From Octopus sinensis (Eukaryota): a stretch of 6,610 bases of DNA. The position numbers and the translations under genes are program-made. A model generated the notes under the pieces. That model was not told the DNA's origin. It searched no databases and saw only the letters and a list, made by a program, of their open reading frames with translations. The stretch covers positions 1 to 6,610 of the forward strand of contig NW_021829288.1 in assembly GCF_006345805.1 (NCBI RefSeq), read 5' to 3'. Numbering within the stretch: position 1 is the stretch's first letter; the number at the start of each line of letters is the position of its first letter. This document shows, piece after piece, positions 1-6,610 of the stretch.

Positions 1-392
1 GTAACGAAACATTTTTGAAAGACTGAAAGAAAACAAAAGTACACACGTTATTTACACGCATATATACATATATATACTAGATTCATAAATTCAAACAGAC
101 ATACGATGCGCTTGTGATACTACTTGCAGCAACAACTGAGAAATTGTAGTGCTCTAGAGCAGTGGGGGGTCACCAAAGTTTTTTCACTGCGGGTCAGAGA
201 ACAGAGAGAATGACGTGCGCCGGCAGCATAACCATTTTATTCAATTCAATACAGTGAATACACAAAAAATAACGAAAACCAACATATTTATTTACTAAAA
301 TTTTATAAAGATGGCGACGTTTAGCAATAAGATAAGTTATATCTCACCCATTGCGCATATATCCGAATCTTACAAACTAAACAGCAAAAAGT

Positions 393-907
393 CTAGTGAG
401 ATTTGTGAAACTGGTTCTTTTTAGCTTTTAAGATATCTCTTTACTCTTTTACACTTTTACTCCTTTATTTGTTTCAGTCATTTGACTGCGGTCATGCTGG
501 AGCACCGCATTTAGTCGAGCAAATCGACCCCAGGACTTATTGTTTGTAAGCCTAGTACTTATTCTATCGGACTCTTTTGCCGAATCGCTAAGTTACGGGG
601 ACGTAAACACACCAGCATCGGTTTTCAAGTGACGTTGGGCGGGGGGACAAACACAGACACACAAACATATACACACACATACATATATATACATATATAT
701 AATGGGCTTCTTTCAGTTTCCGTCTACCGAATCCACTCACAAGGCTTTGGTCGGTGAGGATATAGTAGAAGACAATTGCCCAAGATGCCACGCAATGGGA
801 CTGAACCCAGAACCATGTGGTTGGTATGCAAGCTACTTATCACACAGCCACTCATCAATATTTGCTTTGGAATTGCTGCATCCAACCAAGAGAATTGCTT
901 TCAAATG
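393..907 (-). pseudogene. Split C-terminal remnant (about 32 aa) of a hAT transposase
   Basis: 18 codons at 907-854 and 14 codons plus TAG at 437-393 stay in frame once the SINE at 438-853 is removed. Upstream of 907 the frame (FISHSNICLL) does not match the expected SRLTDEHL-type motif, so homology stops there. Confidence 0.65.
438..853 (-). mobile_element. tRNA-derived SINE family A, near full length (first few head bases missing)
   Basis: Reverse complement of the copy at 4345-4754 over about 400 bp. It has Pol III A/B-box-like motifs at the head, an internal (TA)n(TG)n tract at about 651-701, and an (AAAAGAGT)n-like tail at 438-470. Confidence 0.92.
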
Positions 908-1068
908 CAACAAGCAAATGTTTGAATGTGAAATGAACACCAATCATGTTAGTGATGACAGACGTTCACTAAAAGCACGAAGTAATCAGTTACCTAGAAA
1001 AGTTCATGTCATCGTATAACTGCTGGGCTGGTGTAGCTGAAGAAAGACCTACGGTGAAAGCAAAGTTA

Positions 1069-1199
1069 AAGATAGGTGCAGGCAGGAGTGTTTGATATTG
1101 TTTTGTTGTCTATATTACAACGATGGGGCTTCGAATCTTTGACAGAAACCAACTCCTTACTTGCAGAAACACTTCAAATAATTAGAAACAGAAGAGCAA
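1069..1199 (+). mobile_element. 3' UTR fragment of an R4/Dong-like RLE LINE (copy 1)
   Basis: Its end, AGAAACCAACTCCTTACTTGCAGAAACACTTCAAATAATTAGAAACAGAAGAGCAA, aligns with the UTR after the RLE ORF of copy 2 (AGAAAACAGCTCCTATTTTAAGGGAAAGCATCAAATAAT at 1605-1643 plus AATAATTAAAAATAGAAGAAAA at 2063-2084). It runs into (CATA)n at 1200. The 5' boundary is approximate. Confidence 0.6.
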
Positions 1200-1249
1200 C
1201 ATGCATACATATATACACACATACATACATGCATACATACATACATACA

Positions 1250-1280
<31 letters not shown>

Positions 1281-1329
1281 TTACATGTGTTCATGCCTGC
1301 ATACATACATACATACATACATACATACA
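1200..1329. repeat. (CATA)n microsatellite
   Basis: Directly visible, imperfect tetranucleotide tract. Confidence 0.97.
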
Positions 1330-1643
1330 ACGTTACGGACAACAGTTTCGAAATCTGCTTCTCTATCCAGATTATAAATTCACATTTATATCAATAATAA
1401 TTGGGGCCCTTGGTTTTGTGAAGAAATGCCGTAGTGACAATCTGGAAAAGTTAGGGATTTCAGGGGAAAAAAATCAACTAATTCACACATTACAAATACA
1501 ATCTGTAAGTGGAACAGTAAAATTATGCAAGACTTTTCTCAAGTACAAAATGTAGATTTATATTTGTTATTTACATTCTAACAAAAGAGCTTTGTATTGT
1601 TCTAAGAAAACAGCTCCTATTTTAAGGGAAAGCATCAAATAAT

Positions 1644-1812
1644 GGTTTGGAATTTTGGTATAAGGCCAGCAAATCCGAAGCAGGGGTTAAGTCGATTACA
1701 TCGACCCCACTGCTGAAAAAGAGCTTATTTAATCGACCCCGAAAGGCAAAGTCGACATCAGCGGTATTTGAACTCAGAACGTAAAGACGTTTGCCTGGCG
1801 TGCTAACGATTC
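1644..1812 (-). mobile_element. SINE family B, head-truncated and internally deleted copy
   Basis: Homologous to 1874-2030 (TGCTAACGATTC, TTTGAACTCAGA, AATCGACCCCGAAAGG, GTCGATTACATCGACCCC). It carries an 8-bp deletion between the GAAAGG direct repeats and has a different 3' tail from its neighbour. Confidence 0.85.
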
Positions 1813-2041
1813 TTATTTCTTTACTGTCCACAAGTGGCTACACAGAGGGGACAAATAAAGACAGACAAACGGATTAAGTCGATTATATCGACCCCAGTGC
1901 GTAACTGGTAATTATTTAATCGACCCCGAAAGGATGAAAGGCAGAGTCAACCTCGGTGGAATTTGAACTCAGACCGTAGCGCCAGACGAAACACCGCTGA
2001 GAATTTCGCCCGGCGTGCTAACGATTCTGCCAGTTCGCCGC
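1813..2041 (-). mobile_element. tRNA-derived SINE family B with a Deu/Nin-like central domain
   Basis: Minus strand: A-box-like TGGCAGAATCG (2032-2022) and B-box GAGTTCAAATTCC (1970-1958). These are followed by GGTTGACTCTGCCTTTCATCCTTTCGGGGTCGATTAAATAATTACCAG, which resembles the Deu/Nin (AmnSINE-type) core. Confidence 0.88.
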
Positions 2042-2084
2042 TGTAGGAAAACTTCGAATAATAATAATTAAAAATAGAAGAAAA

Positions 2085-2205
2085 CACACACACACACACA
2101 CACATACTTACATACACACACATACAGAGATATTTAAACACATACAAACACATATGCATGCATACATTCATACGTACATACATACATCATACATAAATAC
2201 ATATA
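2085..2205. repeat. (CA)n/(CATA)n compound microsatellite
   Basis: Directly visible. Confidence 0.93.
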
Positions 2206-2499
2206 GAACCATTTGAACATGGCTGTTCATCATTCCTGGTGATAGTCGACATCTCCGCCCCAGTCTCTCCCTGGAACCGCCTCTACCACCTTGTTAACCA
2301 TCAGATATAATCACAGCAGCAATATGGTTCAAGATTATACTTATATCTAACCATTGTTGAACACAACAATAAAGTTTCAGATGCTAGCGAGAGTTTTCAA
2401 AGCGGATTAGCTCGCATTATCTAAGCGGACATCATACGTATTGAACATACACACACAGAGTAAACTACCAATTTACCTATTAATGAACCAATGATGGAC

Positions 2500-2630
2500 T
2501 CACACACACACAGGCATGTATGCGTGCATGTGTATATGTATGTGTGTGTGTGTGTGTATGCGTGCGTTTGTATATATACACATGCACTCGTGCGCGAGCA
2601 CACACACACTGACGCACACACGTACACACG
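2500..2630. repeat. Mixed (CA)n/(TG)n alternating purine-pyrimidine tract
   Basis: Directly visible. CA-rich and TG-rich blocks alternate. Confidence 0.88.
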
Positions 2631-2701
2631 TTTTTATTCTTAACCAACTTATACTGCACAATTGTACAATTGTTTTCAATACATTCTCGCATTTCTTCGT
2701 A

Positions 2702-3400
<699 letters not shown>

Positions 3401-3455
3401 AGTGTTTCTCTGTGTGCAACGGTTCGTGTGCGTCTAAGTGAGTGGGTGGTACTGT

Positions 3456-3570
3456 CGCGCGCGTGCGTGTACATGTATGTATGAATGCGTGTGCGTGTAC
3501 ATGTATGTATGAATGCGTGTGCGTGTGTATGTGCCTGCATATATGCATGTGTTTACGTGCGTATGTCTAT
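3456..3570. repeat. TG/CG/TA-rich tract containing a 28-bp tandem repeat (3463-3526, about 2.3 copies)
   Basis: GTGCGTGTACATGTATGTATGAATGCGT at 3463-3490 is repeated exactly at 3491-3518, with a partial third copy. Confidence 0.9.
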
Positions 3571-3816
3571 ACAATGAATAGTTGCCGATCAATAGCATCT
3601 ATTATTATATTATCAATTTCGAAATGAAGTAATTCAAAAAATTATCGATCTCTAACTCGCGCACTCGCCTATAAATTATACAGAGGAGGAAGATGTGACG
3701 TCGTGATGTTCATGCCATTGTCAATGCCGATTAGTTGTGTCAGTGAAGTGAAATGCTTTTTTCTGAATAACACACTTAGGTTCGTTAATTGTTGTTGTTT
3801 TTGTTGTTGTTGCTGC

Positions 3817-4225
3817 GTGTTTGTTTGTTTGTTTGTTGAGCGAAGCGGTCTTCGTCCCAGAGCTAGCAAGATCGCGCCTCTGTAGTGGGAGAAGTCCGAA
3901 ACGTGGTCCTTTGCTATTCGTAAGACCTGCAGAAGAGAAAGCAGGTCAACCCCCGACACCGAGAGCATCGACGGATGGATGAATACGCATCGAGGCTCAG
4001 CGGTTGCGTAGGAAGTCGGGGACAAGAAACAGGAAGAAAGAGTGAGAGAAAGTTGGGGCGAAAGAGTACAACAGGGGTCGCCACCCCCCACCCCCCTGCC
4101 GGAGCCTCGTGGAGCTTTAGGTGTTTTCGCTCAATAAACAAACACAACGTCCGGTCTGGGAATCGAAACCGCGATCCTCCGACCGCAAGTCCGCTGCCCT
4201 AACCACTGGGCCATTGCGCCTCCAC
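3817..4225 (-). mobile_element. Full-length tRNA-derived SINE family C with a 12-bp TSD
   Basis: Minus-strand head GTGGAGGCGCAATGGCCCAGTGGTTAGGGCAGCGGAC, with A box at 4213-4203 and B box GGTTTCGATTCCC at 4170-4158. It has a (CAAA)n tail at 3817-3838 and the direct repeat TGTTGTTGCTGC at 3805-3816 and 4226-4237. Confidence 0.9.
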
Positions 4226-4310
4226 TGTTGTTGCTGCTGTCAGTGTTAGGCTCTTGTCTACCTTTATAGAAAAGTCCATGAGTGTAACGTAAACATCCTT
4301 ATCACTTAGC

Positions 4311-4312
4311 CA

Positions 4313-4344
<32 letters not shown>
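4311..4344. repeat. (CATA)n microsatellite
   Basis: Directly visible. A degenerate continuation lies at about 4765-4795, beyond SINE A. Confidence 0.93.
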
Positions 4345-4754
4345 GGCGCAGGAGTGGCTGTGTGGTAAGTAGCTTGCTAACCAACTACATGGTTCCGGGT
4401 TCAATCCCACTGCGTGGCATCTTGGGCAAATGTCTTCTGCTATAGCCCCGGGCCGACCAATGCCTTGTGAGTGGAATTGGTAGACGGAAACTGAAAGAAG
4501 CCCGTCGTATATATATGTATATATATATATATATGTGTGTGTGTTTGTGTGTCTGTGTTTGTCCCCCTAGCATTGCTTGAAAACCGATGCTGGTGTGTTT
4601 ACGTCCCCGTCACTTAGCGGTTTCGGCAAAGAGACCGTAGAATAAGTACTGGGCTTACAAAGAATAAGTCCCGGGGTCGATTTGCTCGACTAAAGGCGGT
4701 GCTCCAGCATGGCCGCAGTCAAATGACTGAAACAAAAAAAAAAAAAAAAAAAAA
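4345..4754 (+). mobile_element. Full-length tRNA-derived SINE family A
   Basis: A box TGGCTGTGTGG (4355-4365), B box GGTTCAATCCC (4398-4408), internal (TA)n(TG)n at about 4508-4560, and poly(A) tail at 4734-4754. Homologous copies lie at 438-853 and 6568-6610. Confidence 0.93.
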
Positions 4755-4796
4755 CACATTCAGACATACATTCATAATACATAAATACATACATAA

Positions 4797-5143
4797 TGCT
4801 GAGCTGCTGAGATCCCCTTCGGTCATGTCTGACCATGGGACTGAACCTAGAAAGTTACCCTCCCAGGCACAAGTCTGGCAGGTTGTTTATGGAAGACCAG
4901 CAGTCGCCCATGCATACCAGCCTCCCCTCTCCACACCACCAGTGTTATCCAAGGGAAAGGCAAAGGGGCCGATACAGCTTGGCACCTGTGACGTCGCAAC
5001 TCATTTCCACAGCTGAGTGAACTGGAGCAACGTGAAATACAGTGTCTTGCTCAAGAACACAACACGCAGCCCGGTCCGGGATTCGAACTCACACCCTCAC
5101 GATCGTAAGCTCGACGCTCTAACCACTGAGCCATGCGGCTTCA
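4797..5143 (-). mobile_element. tRNA-derived SINE family D with a V/Meta-SINE-like core
   Basis: Minus strand: A box TGGCTCAGTGG (5133-5123) and B box GAGTTCGAATCCC (5090-5078), then GTGTTGTGTTCTTGAGCAAGACACT...TTCACTCAGCTGTGGAAATG. The 3' boundary is approximate. Confidence 0.88.
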
Positions 5144-5145
5144 GG

Positions 5146-5277
5146 CACATAATACATTCATATATATGCATTCACACACACACACACACACACATACATT
5201 CACTTATCATACTTACATAAACACTATTATAAATACAGGCGTACATACATATACATACATACATACATACAATACAT
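5146..5277. repeat. (CA)n and (CATA)n microsatellites
   Basis: Directly visible. The 5242-5277 part doubles as the (ATGT)n tail of the adjacent RTE-like fragment. Confidence 0.88.
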
Positions 5278-5596
5278 GATGGCTGCCCCCTCGTTATCGA
5301 GTATGGCCATTGCACGAAGCCTAACTGTTACTGGTGCTGTGATCGAATTTGACTTTTTAGCCCAGCTAAAGATCTACAATGTCTTGTACAGAATTAGCAA
5401 CTAACACCTTTACCGGTAATAGCCGGCTGTAGTTGTAACTGGGATTCATGTACCTTTGCATGTCGTTTAAGTCCCCCTACCGAATTACACTTTCTTCCAC
5501 ATGCCCGACAGATATGATTAGTATGGTGTGTTACACCACCACGAGTGGCCAGGTTGTCACTCCTCTGTCTCGTTTTATGACTACGAAGATGACTCA
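5278..5596 (-). mobile_element. 3' end of an RTE-like LINE (C2H2-like C-terminus and short 3' UTR), degenerate
   Basis: Minus frame reads HLRSH...CRACGRKCNSVGGLKRHAKVH...C*FCTRHCRSLAGLKSQIRSQHQ*, with a premature stop at 5396-5394 and the terminal stop at 5330-5328. It is followed by a roughly 50-nt UTR ending CTCGATAACGAGGGGGCAGCCATC and an (ATGT)n tail, as is typical of RTE-clade 3' ends. Confidence 0.75.
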
Positions 5597-5660
5597 CATG
5601 CATACATACATACATACATACATACATACATACATACATACGTATGTACATACATACATA
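5597..5660. repeat. (CATA)n microsatellite
   Basis: Directly visible. It separates two oppositely oriented LINE fragments. Confidence 0.96.
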
Positions 5661-5961
5661 ATGGAAATTTGGACACGAACGTGGTTGGAAAAATTTAAGG
5701 GAAAGAGGACATCTATGGACTATTGATCAGGAGTTTTCAAATCTAGTACCCAAGATAAACATTCAGTTTCATACTTGTTATTATTGTAGCCACAGTATAC
5801 ACACCACCGCGTCTGGAGTATAGTATGGCTGAACTTGGTATATTGAGGGGAGAATGTAAATCCTTAATTCATACGCTACAAACAATTACGATATCTGGGA
5901 CTATAAAAATCTGCAGGACCTTCTTAAGATTTAAAGGATGACGGATAAAAGAAGATACTCT

Positions 5962-6384
5962 GGACCTTTTCGGTTTGAACGGCAGTTTTTAACAAAATTT
6001 CTAGGTAACTAAAAATTTTAAACTTCGTATATTGGTAGAATGTGTTTATAAAACATCTTTTTCTCTTGGCTTTATTGAGAAAATTCTATAGATTGTAAGA
6101 TATTTGTTGTTCTTTCTTCAATTTCTGCAATTTCAACCAATCAATGACATCCATTGAGGTAAACAACATTCTGTGCCGTATGAATATGTCCCTCATTTAA
6201 GAAACAGATTGGGTTTACTTACATTTGTGAAGAAAAAAAGATACCCTTCCCCCCACCCCTAACCCTAACCTTAACCCTAACTAACCTTAACCCTAAAACA
6301 GATTGAAATGCAATAGATCGATACTAGGATGACAATTTCATATGACACCGCTAGGAAAAACTGCCGTTCAAACCGAAAAGATCC
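5962..6384. mobile_element. Complete 423-bp non-autonomous DNA transposon (MITE), probably Merlin superfamily
   Basis: 29-bp TIRs GGA(C/T)CTTTTCGGTTTGAACGGCAGTTTTT at 5962-5990 and 6356-6384 (1 mismatch), with a perfect 8-bp TSD GATACTCT at 5954-5961 and 6385-6392. GG termini with an 8-bp TSD fit Merlin; the superfamily call is less certain than the element itself. Confidence 0.92.
6257..6296 (+). repeat. Telomere-like (CCCTAA/CCTTAA)n tract inside the MITE
   Basis: CCCTAA CCCTAA CCTTAA CCCTAA CTAA CCTTAA CCCTAA. Confidence 0.9.
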
Positions 6385-6476
6385 GATACTCTCCTTTGCA
6401 ATCTTGATAGCAAATAGGTGGCCGGTCAGAATTTACTCAAAATTAAGAAGAGGAGGAGAAGAACATACATACGTAC

Positions 6477-6564
6477 GGTGAACTGGAAGGATCGTTAGCA
6501 CACCTGGCAAAATGCTTAGCTACATTTTTTGAAGTTCCAATTCCGCCTAGGTCAACTTTACCTT
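6477..6564 (+). mobile_element. Degenerate 5' fragment of SINE family B
   Basis: GGTGAACTGGAAGGATCGTTAGCACACCTGGCAAAATGCTTAGC...AGTTCCAATTCCGCCTAGGTCAACTTTACCTT aligns with the reverse complement of 1938-2038. It is cut off where SINE A begins. Confidence 0.8.
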
Positions 6565-6567
6565 ATA

Positions 6568-6610
6568 GGCGCAGGAGTGGCTGTGTGGTAAGTAGCTTGC
6601 TTACCACAAT
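6568..6610 (+). mobile_element. Head of SINE family A (runs to the window edge)
   Basis: GGCGCAGGAGTGGCTGTGTGGTAAGTAGCTTGCT is identical to 4345-4378. Confidence 0.9.

Larger units (their letters stand above)
160..907 (-). mobile_element. hAT (Charlie/Buster-type) DNA transposon remnant: 3' terminus plus transposase C-terminal fragment, interrupted by SINE A at 438-853
   Basis: CTCTAGAG (152-159) fits the NTCTAGAN Charlie target consensus. It is followed directly by a Charlie-like terminus CAGTGGGGGGTCACCAAAGTTTTTT...GCGGGTCAGA from 160. Minus-strand 907-854 joined to 437-393 reads HLKAILLVGCSNSKANID-DILKAKKNQFHKSH*, the typical C-terminus of Charlie/Buster/GTF2IRD2-like transposases. The other TIR was not found; 908-1020 may be further internal sequence. 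Confidence 0.75.
1330..2084 (+). mobile_element. 5'-truncated R4/Dong-like RLE non-LTR retrotransposon (copy 2): ORF end 1330-1555, 3' UTR interrupted by a SINE B dimer at 1644-2041
   Basis: RYGQQFRNLLLYPDYKFTFISIIIGALGFVKKCRSDNLEKLGISGEKNQLIHTLQIQSVSGTVKLCKTFLKYKM* matches the pattern after the catalytic motif in R4-clade RLE domains (Y..L...IIGALG...L.KLG...LQ....GT.K....FL). The UTR resumes after the SINEs and ends AGAAGAAAA at a (CA)n/(CATA)n tract. Confidence 0.8.
5661..6463 (+). mobile_element. 5'-truncated R4/Dong-like RLE LINE (copy 3): pseudogenised ORF end 5669-5941, 3' UTR interrupted by a MITE at 5962-6384
   Basis: LDTNVVGKI*GKEDIYGLLIRSFQI*YPR*TFSFILVIIVATVYTPPRLEYSMAELGILRGECKSLIHTLQTITISGTIKICRTFLRFKG* has three internal stops and no frameshift. 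It aligns with 1330-1555 (YG, YP, F.FI, LGI..GE, LIHTLQ, SGT.K.C.TFL). The UTR ends AGAAGAA followed by CATACATAC at 6464. Confidence 0.8.

Noticed and set aside
1076-1555. 159-aa ORF as an intact gene
   Set aside because: It is a chance fusion of a LINE 3' UTR, a CATA tract and a truncated RLE C-terminus, and it starts at GTG.
1687-1930. CRISPR-like recurring ATCGACCCC palindromic repeats
   Set aside because: The spacing is irregular, the repeats are explained by the internal structure of two SINE B monomers, the context is eukaryotic, and there are no cas genes.
2206-2443. Unexplained segment between microsatellites; one minus frame gives RW*RRFQGETG, faintly like a Tc1/mariner HTH
   Set aside because: The match is too short, contains a stop, and has no TIR or TSD. 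Left unassigned.
4345-5143. tRNA genes at the A/B-box-containing heads (also near 4150-4225 and 1950-2040)
   Set aside because: I could not fold a complete cloverleaf or acceptor stem, and each head continues into a SINE body and tail.
3669-5220. ORFs of 60-140 aa across the SINE cluster (also 588-791, 702-1019 and 1622-1831)
   Set aside because: They overlap SINE bodies and microsatellites and show no recognisable domains.
5394-5651. Host C2H2 zinc-finger gene exon
   Set aside because: The N-terminal part is microsatellite, there is a premature stop, TGEKP linkers are absent, and an RTE-like 3' UTR with a repeat tail follows.
6257-6296. True telomere or chromosome-fusion scar
   Set aside because: It has only about 7 degenerate units in one orientation and is enclosed within MITE TIRs.

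Overview
Repeat-saturated, non-genic eukaryotic DNA, most likely from a coleoid cephalopod (Octopus-like). The organism is inferred from my recognition of the SINE families and the extreme TA/CA/CATA microsatellite load. I find no intact host gene, RNA gene or CRISPR array. Nearly every ORF in the track is translated microsatellite or SINE sequence. The window is a nested stack of mobile-element remnants: (1) a hAT/Charlie-type DNA transposon end whose transposase C-terminus is split in frame by a SINE; (2) four tRNA-derived SINE families, here called A-D (8 copies or fragments); (3) three 3' ends of an R4/Dong-like restriction-like-endonuclease LINE, each abutting a (CATA)n or (CA)n tract; (4) an RTE-like LINE 3' end with tandem C2H2-like fingers; (5) a complete 423-bp GG..CC MITE with 29-bp TIRs, a perfect 8-bp TSD and an internal telomere-like (CCCTAA)n tract. 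The best candidate for an undescribed system is a (CATA)n-microsatellite-targeting RLE retrotransposon lineage. Family names come from motif recognition, not database searches.
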